Below, piece by piece: positions 27,549 to 37,488 of a DNA stretch of 64,000 nucleotides (the stretch's first letter is position 1; each line of letters opens with the position of its first letter). Where the stretch lies: positions 3,690,507 to 3,754,506 of the forward strand of contig OY759598.1 in assembly GCA_963662435.1 (NCBI GenBank), in the 5' to 3' direction. Origin of the DNA: Dehalococcoidia bacterium. Lineage in GTDB: Bacteria; Chloroflexota; Dehalococcoidia; Lucifugimonadales; VXLM01. A program made the translations under genes and the position numbers. The notes under the pieces are model-generated. The model was given only the letters and a program-made list of their open reading frames with translations. It was not told the DNA's origin and searched no databases.

Positions 27549-30323
27549 TCAGTCTGCTGCCGCCGCGGCCTGTTCTGCTCGCTGTACACGGATTCGGGTT
27601 AGGGGGAGGGTACCAAAATCGAGCATCGGGTCGGGGCTGTTCGATGCCTCGATCTCGGTCATGCGGCTGCCGAAAATCAACGTTGTGGATACCAGTCCCC
27701 TCAATGGTGAGGTGAACCGGGCAACGCCTTGCAGGGTCTCATCGGCTGAGACAACCTCGACCCATTCGCCCTCACTGATTCCCAGCATTTCGGCATCCTG
27801 ACGGTGCAGCTCGATAATCTGGTTGCGCATGATGGCGTTGCGCTTGCCTACCTTCTCGACGGTCATCGCTTCTTCGGCGTCATGCAGCACACGTCCCCTT
27901 GCCAGGATCAGCGGGTACTCGTCTGTTGGGGCTGGAGCTTGGATGGGCTCCGGCATGGTCATTGGAATGAGCCGAGGGCGATGTTCGTCGTAGTCGTAGA
28001 GTATCTGAGTGTCGGACATGTCAGCAGCCAGGCACGGCCACTGTAGCCCTCCGTAGGCCAGGCGCTCATAGGTGATGCCGCCATAGATCTCCACTATGTT
28101 GTTAATCTCGTCGAACAGGGAGGCGGAATCGGGGTGATCGAAACCTACAGCGTTCATCTCACCGGCAATCCGGCTGATCGTGCGCCAGTCGGATTCCTCT
28201 TCGCCCTTGACGTCGAGGGCAGGGGAGATTAGCTGCACCCTGCGTTCGAGATTTGTAACGGTGCCTCTCGTCTCGGCGAGGGTTGCCGACGGAATGACCA
28301 CGTTTGCCGACTCGGTGATCTCGCTCGTGAAGGAGTCGAGCACAACTAGGAACTCGAGCTTGTCGAGTGCTTCAATGAGGTCGCCCAGCTCGCCGTTCGA
28401 ATAGTTCGGGCTTTTGCCAAGCAGCATGAGCGCACGTATACGACCGGACTCGATTGCCTGTGTGATTTCCCTGACGGGCACCCCTTTATCAGTTGGAATG
28501 GAGGTCTCCCAGATGTCTTCGAATTCCGTTCTTCCTTCCTCGTCGTGTATGGGCACGTATCCGGGCAGGAATTCGGTGACCGCTCCCACGTCGCGTGCGC
28601 CCTGTTCGTTCGCGCCCTGGTAGAGCGGGTAGATTCCGGTGGAAGGGCGAGACATGTTACCCGAGACTAGGCAGAGGTTGACCAGAGCCGTAACACAGTC
28701 TTCTCGGTACTGGGGGTCGACAGTCTCGAGGCCGTAGAGGACTGAGGCCGGTCCACTGGTTGCAAATAGGCGAGCGGCAGCCTGTATGTCGTCTCGCGAC
28801 AGGCCTGTTGCCAGCTCGACCTGAAGCAGGTCGAAGTTCCATACGCCGTTCTTGAAGTCTTGGACGCCGTCACACTTCTCGGAGAGGAACTGGTGATCGT
28901 CGAGCGACTCGTCGACGATTACGCGTAGCAACCCTCCGATAAGGGCGTTCTCGCTGCCCGGGCGTGGGCGCAGCCAGATGTCTGCGAACCGGGTGAGTTC
29001 GGTCTCCCGCTGATCGATAACGATGAGTTTTGCGCCTTCCTTGATCGCCTTCTTAATCGGGACCGCGGCGACGTTTTGCTCCTCGGTAATGTTGCTCGAC
29101 ACAACGAGGAAGCACTTTGACCCCTCGAGGTCGCTTATGGAGTTCGTGGCGGCACCGTGACCGAGCATTCTCTCAAGTGGCGGGAAAAGCTCAGGCCGTA
29201 CGTTTGAGGCAACGTCCACGTTGTTTGAGCCCATTACTACGCGTGCAAACTTCTGGGCTATGTAGAGGTCTTCGTTGGTGCTTCGCTCCGAGCCGATTAA
29301 GGCGAACTCACCACCTTTGAAGTCGCCCAACTTTTCGGCGACGAGGTCGATGGCCTCGAGTGTCGTCGTCTCACGGAGCTCGCCGTCGGTTTGAATCAGG
29401 GCGTTTCGGAGCCGTTTCCTGCTGTTGACGAATTCAAGGCCGAACTTGCCCTTGACGCACAACTGGCCCTGGTTCGCCTCGCCGTGCCTGTCACCGATCG
29501 TACGGATGAGGCGGTTGCGGCGGTCGACTTCCATCGTCACGCTGCACCCGACCGGGCAATTCGTACATACGCTCGAGACCTTTTTGACGGCCTTGTCCCA
29601 CTTGTGGACGCGCTCGACGAGCGCTCCGGTCGGACAGACGTCAATGCAGGCCCCACAGAACTCGCAGCCCGATTCGAGGAGCGATGTCCCCTGTGATGTC
29701 CCGATGAGACCCTTGCCGCCGCGCTCGGTAAACGCGAGGGCATCGTCTCCGCGGATTTCGCTGCAGATTCTTACACAACGGCCACACACGATACAGAGGT
29801 TCATGTCCATGTCCCAGAAGGGGTCGGCCACGCTCTGCGGCAGGTGCCGGTTGTTGTAGGTAAGGTCGGTATCGAGCTCCATTTCGAGCCAGCGCACGGT
29901 GTCCTTGAGCTCGCAGCGCTCGTTCTTTGGACAGGTCACGCAACGGTCGTTTACGCCCACGTGACGAAGGCAGATATCCTCGGGTCCGCAGAGCTCGATG
30001 CGGTGGCAGTTCAGGCATCCGTGTGGGTGCTCCGAAATGAGTAGGTCCATGATGCCGCGTCGGAGGTCGGTTACGGAGTCGGTCTTGGTGCGGACGACCA
30101 TGTCTGGCCCGACAGGTACGGTGCACGACGCCATAGTCGCCGTTCCGCGAGGCCCGTCGATCTCGACGACGCACATCCGGCACGCGCCAAAAGCCTTCAT
30201 GCCCGGGTAATAGCAGAGGTAGGGCACGTAGAATCCGGCGTCCATGGCCGCCTGCAGGACGTTCGTCCCCGGCTTGACCGTTATTTCCTTCCCGTCAATC
30301 GTGATTGGTATGTCGTCTGCCAT
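27549..30323 (-). CDS. NuoG/FdhA-like Fe-S, molybdopterin-oxidoreductase-fold subunit
   Basis: 2Fe-2S motif (C..GACRMC..C), HxxxCxxC, two 4Fe-4S motifs (CIVCGRC, CEFCGAC), CTNCPVGC..C, and an Fdh-like C-terminal fold. Confidence 0.9.
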   Translation of the reverse strand: MADDIPITIDGKEITVKPGTNVLQAAMDAGFYVPYLCYYPGMKAFGACRMCVVEIDGPRGTATMASCTVPVGPDMVVRTKTDSVTDLRRGIMDLLISEHPHGCLNCHRIELCGPEDICLRHVGVNDRCVTCPKNERCELKDTVRWLEMELDTDLTYNNRHLPQSVADPFWDMDMNLCIVCGRCVRICSEIRGDDALAFTERGGKGLIGTSQGTSLLESGCEFCGACIDVCPTGALVERVHKWDKAVKKVSSVCTNCPVGCSVTMEVDRRNRLIRTIGDRHGEANQGQLCVKGKFGLEFVNSRKRLRNALIQTDGELRETTTLEAIDLVAEKLGDFKGGEFALIGSERSTNEDLYIAQKFARVVMGSNNVDVASNVRPELFPPLERMLGHGAATNSISDLEGSKCFLVVSSNITEEQNVAAVPIKKAIKEGAKLIVIDQRETELTRFADIWLRPRPGSENALIGGLLRVIVDESLDDHQFLSEKCDGVQDFKNGVWNFDLLQVELATGLSRDDIQAAARLFATSGPASVLYGLETVDPQYREDCVTALVNLCLVSGNMSRPSTGIYPLYQGANEQGARDVGAVTEFLPGYVPIHDEEGRTEFEDIWETSIPTDKGVPVREITQAIESGRIRALMLLGKSPNYSNGELGDLIEALDKLEFLVVLDSFTSEITESANVVIPSATLAETRGTVTNLERRVQLISPALDVKGEEESDWRTISRIAGEMNAVGFDHPDSASLFDEINNIVEIYGGITYERLAYGGLQWPCLAADMSDTQILYDYDEHRPRLIPMTMPEPIQAPAPTDEYPLILARGRVLHDAEEAMTVEKVGKRNAIMRNQIIELHRQDAEMLGISEGEWVEVVSADETLQGVARFTSPLRGLVSTTLIFGSRMTEIEASNSPDPMLDFGTLPLTRIRVQRAEQAAAAAD

Positions 30324-30398
30324 TCGGCAACTCCGAAATGCGTTAGCCGTGAATCTGGGACTGCTATGGAATGTGTACGCTCCGCCGCGCCAATAGGG

Positions 30399-32153
30399 TC
30401 ATATGTTTACCTTGAGCGGCTGGGCCTCAGAGAAATCCTCCGCGTATGGTCGGGTTGTCTTCGGAGAGTAGAACTTTGTTGAGGTCCTGCCTGTAGGGTC
30501 GCGCCGTTCCGTAACGTGAGTTTCGAACTCCTCGCGGAAGTGCTGCAGGGCCGAGCTAATTGGATTGAACCCGAGCTGGCCGTGGGCGCAAAGGGAACCG
30601 ATCTTCATCGTCGTACCTACGCGTTCACACGCCTCCATGTCTCCCGGTCTGCCCTCAAACCTCGCGACCCGTTCGATGAGATCGAGGAGCTGCGTCATAC
30701 CGAGCCTGCAAGGGAAGCACTTGCCGCACGATTCGTACTGGCAGAACGCGACAAGCAGCCGAATAAGGTCGACGACTGAGGCGTCTTCGTCGCCGACGAT
30801 AATGCCGCCCGACCCAAACATGGCACCGGCCTGCTGCATCTCGTCAAAGTCAATGTGTAGGTCGAGGCTATCGAGCCCTATGACTCCGCCGAGCGGCCCT
30901 CCCGTCTGAAGGAGTTTCATCTGCTTGCCGTTGGGAACGCCGCCGCCGATCTCCTCGATGACCTGACCCATTGTCATGCCCATCTCGACCTCATAGATTC
31001 CGGGATAGGTCACGTTGCCCGTCAGGCAGGCGATGGCGGTGCCGGTGCTGTTGTTCACGCCGATGTTAGAGAACCACTCGCCGCCGTTCAGGACGATCTG
31101 CGGGGCGTACGAGAAGGTCTTAACGTTGTTGATGGTCGTCGGCTTCATCCATAGCCCTGCGGCAGCAGGGAACGGAGGTTTGAAGCGCGGCATGGAGCGC
31201 TTGCCCTCGATGGCCTCCATCATTCCGGTCTCTTCGCCGGCCACGTAGGAATCGCCGGTCAGCGCGACCTCGATGTCGAAGCTGAAGTCGCTTCCAAGGA
31301 TGTTCTCCCCCAGAATGTTCTCGGTGTACGCGTCCTGGATGGCGTGCTCAACACGGTCGATGGGACCATCGTGACCGTGCCGTACGAAGACGTAGCCGTT
31401 GGTTGCTCCAGTGGCGTAGCCAGCCAATATCATGCCCTCAAGGAGGGTGTGCGGGTCACTTTCGAGAATCGCCTTGTCGTTGAATGCGCCGGGATCGCCC
31501 TCTTCGCAGTTGCAGGCAATGTATTTGACAGGACCGGGCGAATTGACCATGAAGCTCCACTTCAGGCCTGCCGGGAAGCCGGCGCCTCCGCGCCCACGGA
31601 GGTTAGAGGACTTCATCTCGTCGATTACGCCGCTGGGCTCCATTTCGAACAAGGCCTTGTTCAGGGCGGCGTAGCCGTCGTTGGCTATGTACTGAAGGAT
31701 ATCGCCCGGAGCGATTTGGCCCGCATTTCGCATGGCGATGCGACGCTGCAGGGAGTATTGCGGCATGGAATTGAGGTCGGGCACGCCGTCAATGGGATCG
31801 TCACCAAGGTAGGCGAAGGCGAGACTATTTGGCACGCGATTTTCGACGATGTATTCGTCGATGATTGTTGGAACGTCTTCGGGGGTGACGCGGCCAAATA
31901 GGAGTCTCGAACCGCCTGGCTTGAGTACGTCAACGAGTGGTTCGGCAAACGACAGACCGAGCGTTCCGACCTCGTGGAGGTTTGCCTGGATGCCGCGCTT
32001 CTCAAGTTCGGAACGCAGGACGGCGACGACTTCAAGGGCTCCGGCGGCCTGCCCGTTGAGCTCAGTTCCGATGCGAATCCATGGCCGGTCGCCCGCGGTC
32101 AGCTCCTGCCATCGCGCCTCAGCTCTTGCTTTCAGGTCTTCGTATGCGCTCAC
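30399..32153 (-). CDS. NuoF/HydB-like NADH-binding flavoprotein subunit
   Basis: LRGRGGAGFPAGLKW, EGDPG, YVAGEET and ESCGKCFPCR motifs. Confidence 0.93.
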   Translation of the reverse strand: MSAYEDLKARAEARWQELTAGDRPWIRIGTELNGQAAGALEVVAVLRSELEKRGIQANLHEVGTLGLSFAEPLVDVLKPGGSRLLFGRVTPEDVPTIIDEYIVENRVPNSLAFAYLGDDPIDGVPDLNSMPQYSLQRRIAMRNAGQIAPGDILQYIANDGYAALNKALFEMEPSGVIDEMKSSNLRGRGGAGFPAGLKWSFMVNSPGPVKYIACNCEEGDPGAFNDKAILESDPHTLLEGMILAGYATGATNGYVFVRHGHDGPIDRVEHAIQDAYTENILGENILGSDFSFDIEVALTGDSYVAGEETGMMEAIEGKRSMPRFKPPFPAAAGLWMKPTTINNVKTFSYAPQIVLNGGEWFSNIGVNNSTGTAIACLTGNVTYPGIYEVEMGMTMGQVIEEIGGGVPNGKQMKLLQTGGPLGGVIGLDSLDLHIDFDEMQQAGAMFGSGGIIVGDEDASVVDLIRLLVAFCQYESCGKCFPCRLGMTQLLDLIERVARFEGRPGDMEACERVGTTMKIGSLCAHGQLGFNPISSALQHFREEFETHVTERRDPTGRTSTKFYSPKTTRPYAEDFSEAQPLKVNI

Positions 32154-32169
32154 TAGGTCCTCGCGCCGA

Positions 32170-32655
32170 CTAGTGGGAACCGTTGTCCTCGATGTTGTCT
32201 ACCAGTTCGACTGCCCGCTCCGGCGTCATTCTTCCTCGCAAGTGGTGGTCTATGCTGATGACCGGCGCCTGCGCGCATGCTCCGAGACAGGTGTTATAGC
32301 GGATCGTCAGGCGGCCGTCTGCGGTCTCTCCCTCTTCCTCCAAGCCGACGTGCTCCAGGGTCTTTTCAATGATCGCCGTTGCACCGACCAGGTGGCAACT
32401 CGGTCCCCAGCAGATTTCTACAGTGTGTTCGCCGGCCGGAGTGAAGCGAAAGTTCTTGTAAAAGGAGGCTACGCCCCAGACCTCGTTTATGCTCGCCTCT
32501 GTATAGGCTGCCACCTCGTCGATGGCCTCGTCGGGGATGTAGCCGAGCGCGTCTTGGGCGGCAAGCAGGGATGAGAGAACGGTAATAGTTGGTCGCTTTT
32601 GGTTGGTGATGGCCTGCCGAACGCGGTCGCGCAGGTCTTCGTTAGCAACGGTCAA
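32170..32655 (-). CDS. NuoE/HydC-like 2Fe-2S subunit
   Basis: VASFY, CWGPSC and CLGACAQAP motifs; start uncertain (TTG at 32655 or 32691). Confidence 0.9.
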   Translation of the reverse strand: MTVANEDLRDRVRQAITNQKRPTITVLSSLLAAQDALGYIPDEAIDEVAAYTEASINEVWGVASFYKNFRFTPAGEHTVEICWGPSCHLVGATAIIEKTLEHVGLEEEGETADGRLTIRYNTCLGACAQAPVISIDHHLRGRMTPERAVELVDNIEDNGSH

Positions 32656-32852
32656 CGACGGGCCCTCAGTCCGCTTGAGAATTCGCCGCAATCATAGCAC
32701 AACGGCAGGGGCACAACAACGAGGAGAGTACCTGGTTAGCGAATGCCAGTTCATCTGGATTCGACGGCAACTCGCGTTGCCCCGTACAGCGTGCTGAGAT
32801 AGGCAAGTCAATTGAGGGGTGAGTTGATTCTAATGTGGTGGTGAACCATGGT

Positions 32853-34016
32853 TCATTTCGCCGTTTGCTCACGGTCCAGCGTTGCAAGCACGTCGACCAG
32901 CTTGTCGATCTCCTCTTCGAGGGCGAAGTAGGGAATTGAGACCCTCAATTCGTCCTCCCTGCCGCTAACCAAGATGCGTTGCTCGTCCCACAGTCGTTCC
33001 GTGAGCTCTCTTCCGTTGAAGCCGATGTCGAAGGCCGATATTCCCGTACTGCGGACCGGATCCATCGGTGTCCTCAGCGTGAATCCAGGTACGTCCGTGA
33101 GACGCCGACGAAGGTGGTCGGCCAGTTCCCAACTGCGCCTCGCGATGTTCTCAATGCCAACCTCCTCGGCCATCGAGATTGCGGTCGACAGCGAGCTGAA
33201 CACCGCTTTATCTCTCGTGCCAAATTCGAACTTAGCAGCAGTGGCAATCGGCTCGAACTCGTACGTGTCCTCGTCCCAGGTGGGGGCGCTGCTCGCGCCG
33301 ATCCAGGTGATTTTGAGTTCGTCCAGCCTGTCTGCGTCTACATAAAGGAAGCCTGTCCCCTGGGGCGCAAGCAACCATTTGTGGCCGCACCCGGAGTAGT
33401 AGTCACAGCCGAGCGCCTTTACGTCGACAGGTATGAGTCCTACGGCGTGCGCCCCATCCAGCAGCACGGGCACGCCGTGGTTATGGGCCACGTCAGCGAT
33501 CTCGCGGGCGGGCAGCACGAAGCCGGTGCGGGTGGAAACGTGGCTCAGGCACAATAGCTTGGTGCGTGACGTAATCATCGCTTCCAGCCGATCTACTATC
33601 CCTTCGGTCTCGTACGGTGCAAGCGGAAGCTGACAAACTTCGATGCCTCTGCGTTGCTTGAGGTTCATCCACGGCAGCGAACCGGCGGGATGCTCCTCGT
33701 CGGTAACGATCACCTCGTCTCCCGCCTCCCAGTCGATGCCGGTCGCGACGATGTTGATGCCCTCCGACACGTGCCGCGTCAGGGCAATCTCGTCGGTCGA
33801 CGCGCCGAGCAGCCGCGCCACGTCGACCCGCGCTCCCTCATACACCCGCTCGATTTCGTCCATGACCTCCTTCGACAGTGTGGCGAACTCCTCTATGAAC
33901 CTCGCCATCCGCACAACCTCGTTGGTCACAGGTGTCGGCTTTGGGCCATAGCTCATGTTCAGGTAGCTGCAGTGTTTCAAGCCGGGGATCCGGCTTCGGA
34001 TTTCGTCGATATTCAA
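32853..34016 (-). CDS. Aminotransferase class V-fold PLP enzyme
   Basis: EEHP, SHV, LDGAHAVG and GHKWLLAPQG motifs. Confidence 0.9.
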   Translation of the reverse strand: MNIDEIRSRIPGLKHCSYLNMSYGPKPTPVTNEVVRMARFIEEFATLSKEVMDEIERVYEGARVDVARLLGASTDEIALTRHVSEGINIVATGIDWEAGDEVIVTDEEHPAGSLPWMNLKQRRGIEVCQLPLAPYETEGIVDRLEAMITSRTKLLCLSHVSTRTGFVLPAREIADVAHNHGVPVLLDGAHAVGLIPVDVKALGCDYYSGCGHKWLLAPQGTGFLYVDADRLDELKITWIGASSAPTWDEDTYEFEPIATAAKFEFGTRDKAVFSSLSTAISMAEEVGIENIARRSWELADHLRRRLTDVPGFTLRTPMDPVRSTGISAFDIGFNGRELTERLWDEQRILVSGREDELRVSIPYFALEEEIDKLVDVLATLDREQTAK

Positions 34017-34205
34017 GTGAGTCTCCGTTTGGCTGAAAGTCGTCGCTATTGCGTAGCAAGCCCCTCATGAGGCGGAGCATATTCAAGCACAAGCGCCCAG
34101 CCCTAGCAATGCAGCTCCCTCCGTCGTTCCACACCAGCAACCAGCATCTAAAACCCAGAACCCTCACCCGCCAACACCGTGACCTGTGGACTTTCCTGAC
34201 GTATA

Positions 34206-35486
34206 ATGCACGCGCCTTCTCAGGAGCCTTCCATCGACCCTTCCATGAACCCCGAGGAAACGAAGCAGGACATCACGCGCGGTCGCGCCTACATGGCTGC
34301 AGCCATCATGCTCGGGCACATGATGAAGCACCTGTACAACTCCGGCTTCTCGAAGCTGATTCTCCCTGAGATCAAGGTCGTGTTGAACCTCAGCTACTCC
34401 CAGTTCGGCTGGCTGGGGTCGGCTCAGGCGCTATCGTGGTGGCTTGCTACGATGCTCGGTGGATACCTAGGTGACCGGTTCACGGGCAGGACGGCCATAT
34501 TTCTTGGCCTGACCATGGTGTTCATCGGCTTTTCGCAGCTCGTTGTCGGCTTCGTGAGCAACTACTGGATACTCTTGGCTTCGATGCTGCTGATCGGCGG
34601 CGCTCCCGCAATGTTCCACCCCTTCGCCATTGGGGAACTGTCGCGTAGATTCCCCGACCGTCGAGGATTCGCGGTTTCACTTCACGGAATGGGTGGGATG
34701 AGCGGCGAGGTTCTCGGCCCGCTGGTGGTGGCAGGAGTGCTGGGCTACCTGATGTGGCGCGACGTGCTCAAGCTGAGCTTCTTCCCCGCCATCATCATCG
34801 GGTTCACCCTCTGGATAGTCCTGCGCTCCCTGCCACGGATGAAGTCGCAGGCGGCATCCCGCAGGGAGTACTTCGCCTCGATGGGAACACTTCTACAAAA
34901 CCCGATGCTGATGCTCCTCGTCGCATCGACTGCCATCCGGGGAGTGGGAGAAAGCGCGGTTGAAGGGTTCCTACCCGTGTATCTCAAGGAAACACTCGAG
35001 TTCAGCGACCGAAACATCGCGCTCGTGTTTTCCGGGGCTCAGGTGGTTGGCCTAATTTCTCAGCCCGTGATGGGTTTCCTCTCCGACCGCGTTGGGAGAA
35101 AGGCCGTACTCGTGACGGCCACCGCCAGCCTCGGAGTCCTATCGCTGTTGTTGAGCTTTGCCGATCCCGTCATCCAAGTGGTGATCATCGTGTTGGCCAA
35201 GGGGGCATTCAAGTTCTCGCTGCACCACATCTTCATCGCGGCTGCCATAGATTCATCAAAGGGCGAGGCGCAGTCGACCGTCACCTCCTTCATGTATGGC
35301 GCGGGTCTTCTGGGGATATTCTCGCCTACCGTCGCAGGGGCGATCTCCGACGCCTACGGAATCCACACTGCGTTTGTATTTGGCGGCATCCTGACGCTCG
35401 TCGCACTGGCAGTGCTCATCCGTTATCGCGCGCCAAGACCCGGGTCGCTTGAGGAGGCTGCCGAGTCCGCTAGCGAACGATCATGA
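34206..35486 (+). CDS. MFS transporter
   Basis: About 12 hydrophobic helices; GYLGDRF and GFLSDRVGRK motif A copies. Confidence 0.92.
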   Translation: MHAPSQEPSIDPSMNPEETKQDITRGRAYMAAAIMLGHMMKHLYNSGFSKLILPEIKVVLNLSYSQFGWLGSAQALSWWLATMLGGYLGDRFTGRTAIFLGLTMVFIGFSQLVVGFVSNYWILLASMLLIGGAPAMFHPFAIGELSRRFPDRRGFAVSLHGMGGMSGEVLGPLVVAGVLGYLMWRDVLKLSFFPAIIIGFTLWIVLRSLPRMKSQAASRREYFASMGTLLQNPMLMLLVASTAIRGVGESAVEGFLPVYLKETLEFSDRNIALVFSGAQVVGLISQPVMGFLSDRVGRKAVLVTATASLGVLSLLLSFADPVIQVVIIVLAKGAFKFSLHHIFIAAAIDSSKGEAQSTVTSFMYGAGLLGIFSPTVAGAISDAYGIHTAFVFGGILTLVALAVLIRYRAPRPGSLEEAAESASERS

Positions 35487-36660
35487 CCGGCTCGCGCTGG
35501 ACGGCTGTCGTGATGACAGGTCCGTCCTCGGAGATGTAGACGTCGATCTCCGATCGGACGCCGAACCTGCCCGGTAGGTAGATGCCCGGTTCGACCGATG
35601 TCGCGATACCCGGCAGAAGCCTTCGCGTATCGTGCGTCTCCCAGCTATCGAGATTGACGGCGTTGCCATGGACCTCTCGTCCGATGCTGTGCCCCAGCCG
35701 GTGGCTGAAGTACTCTCCATAGCCGGCGTCCTGAATGTGGTCTCGGGCAACCTTATCAATCTGCCATCCCTGCGGCGTGTCGCCCTGCCTGAAGTGTCCG
35801 GCAATCGCTGCCACCGCAGCGTCCCGTGCCCCGACGACGATGTCGAACACCTCTCGGTGCTCGGACGGGATGGTGTCGCCGACGTACCCCGTCCAGGTGA
35901 TGTCCGCATACATGCTCTCGTCGCACTCCATCCGGGCCCACAGGTCGATGAGCACCCAGTCGCCCGGTCTGATCACATGCGAGTTGGCCTGAGTCGGGTC
36001 GAAGTGTGGGTCGGCCCCGTGTTCGTTCACTGCTACAATTGGGCCGTCGGGCGCTGCCATCTCCTCCTCCCGAAATCGCGACCGGATGAACTCCGCAACG
36101 TCGTACTCTGTTGGAGTTATCGAGAGCCGCTCGCCAATATACCGGAAAGCGTCCTGGACGATGGCGTCCAGCCTACTTGCGGCTTCCCTGTGGGAGACCA
36201 GGTCGGCCGCGCTCCAACGCTGGGTGGCGTACTGCATCGTGTCGGCCGAGGATACGACCTCGACACCCAGTCCACGTATCATCTCTATCGTGCCCGCGTC
36301 GACCCACGATACACGCGGCAAGGCACCGTCCGGCGAGTACTCCATGGCGACGATCCGCGCCCTGCGCAGAAGCTCGCGCAGGAGGTCATTCATCTGAGCT
36401 CGGCTCACCCACAGCAGCGTTTCGATGCCGAGATGCTCAAAGCGCCCTTGGTCGACGTACGAGACCAGCAGCATGGGGGAGCCCGAGACCGGCACCCACA
36501 GCCAGCAAGGTCGCGTGACGTTAGCAATCGCCCCGACGGTGTCCGCAAACATTGGGTTCATGCCTCGGTAGTCGTACAAGAGCCACCCGTCGATCCCTTC
36601 GGAAGTCAGGTGCTCCTGGGCGTTGTGGAGCTTGGTTTCGAGGGTGTGTGGGGAGGGCAT
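35470..36660 (-). CDS. M24 family (Xaa-Pro) aminopeptidase
   Basis: ADITWT, HRLGHSIG..H, EPGIY and GVRSE motifs; start chosen at MPSPHT (track start 36753). Confidence 0.92.
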   Translation of the reverse strand: MPSPHTLETKLHNAQEHLTSEGIDGWLLYDYRGMNPMFADTVGAIANVTRPCWLWVPVSGSPMLLVSYVDQGRFEHLGIETLLWVSRAQMNDLLRELLRRARIVAMEYSPDGALPRVSWVDAGTIEMIRGLGVEVVSSADTMQYATQRWSAADLVSHREAASRLDAIVQDAFRYIGERLSITPTEYDVAEFIRSRFREEEMAAPDGPIVAVNEHGADPHFDPTQANSHVIRPGDWVLIDLWARMECDESMYADITWTGYVGDTIPSEHREVFDIVVGARDAAVAAIAGHFRQGDTPQGWQIDKVARDHIQDAGYGEYFSHRLGHSIGREVHGNAVNLDSWETHDTRRLLPGIATSVEPGIYLPGRFGVRSEIDVYISEDGPVITTAVQREPVMIVR

Positions 36661-36736
36661 TGAGGGAGGGGGTGCTGTATCGTGCGTCAGGCGGAGTTGA
36701 GACTGGGCAGCTGTGGATTCGGCTTGGCGACGGTGG

Positions 36737-37099
36737 TCATGTTCGTTCAGCATCCAGAAGGCGTTGCAACCTAGGCAACAGGTCGGGAATCGCTTCTTGA
36801 ATTATCGACCAAATAACACTGTCACTGATTTGCAGGTAACCATGGGCCAGTCGATTCCGCACCCCGATGATCGCGCGCCATTCAATTTCCGGGTGTGCTT
36901 CACGCACATGGTCGGGAACATGCGTCGCCGCTTCACCAATAAGCTCGATGTTTCGCAAGGTGGCATCGTAGGTAAGTGTATCGGCGATGAATGCGGCCTC
37001 ATCCAATCCTTCCGTGTAGGACAGCACCTTCTGCCCGAACTCCAGCATGTCCTGAGCGTAGAAGGGCCATTCTCTGCCCTCGTGCTGGGCGTCATACAT
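36737..37099 (-). CDS. HepT-like HEPN ribonuclease toxin (DUF86)
   Basis: IGEA and RNRLAHGY (Rx4H) motifs; overlaps the upstream MNT gene. Confidence 0.92.
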   Translation of the reverse strand: MYDAQHEGREWPFYAQDMLEFGQKVLSYTEGLDEAAFIADTLTYDATLRNIELIGEAATHVPDHVREAHPEIEWRAIIGVRNRLAHGYLQISDSVIWSIIQEAIPDLLPRLQRLLDAERT

Positions 37100-37388
37100 T
37101 GATTGCGTCCTGCTCCACGTAAGGTCGGATCTCTGCGCGAATCTCCCCCTCGCACGCCATGTTCACTGGCCTCTCGAATAGGTCTTCCAAGTAAAACTGG
37201 GCTCCAAAGTAGCGGCGGTAGTCGGGTGGCTTATCAAATTCCACCAGAACATCCACGTCGCTTCCCTCCGTCGCCTCGTCCCGCGCGAAGGAGCCGAACA
37301 GGGCGAGTTCAGTCACGCCGAAACGATCCGTAAGCGTTGGCTTGTGGCTTCGGAGTATGTCGAGAACTTCTTCTCGGTTCATTTTCAT
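37092..37388 (-). CDS. Minimal nucleotidyltransferase (MntA-like antitoxin)
   Basis: LFGSFAR..SDVDVLVEF (GSx10DxD) motif, 98 aa. Confidence 0.92.
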   Translation of the reverse strand: MKMNREEVLDILRSHKPTLTDRFGVTELALFGSFARDEATEGSDVDVLVEFDKPPDYRRYFGAQFYLEDLFERPVNMACEGEIRAEIRPYVEQDAINV

Positions 37389-37488
37389 TCACCAACGTCA
37401 TTACTTGAGTTCAGCCAGCACCACTCCGTAACTCACCCCACCCCACAATCCTAATCCAGCGAACGCTTTGATACAATGCACCATCACC

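Noticed and set aside
27549..30323. Formate dehydrogenase alpha subunit or selenoprotein
   Set aside because: The ORF is uninterrupted (no in-frame TGA) and the Cys/Sec-His and Arg catalytic residues are absent.
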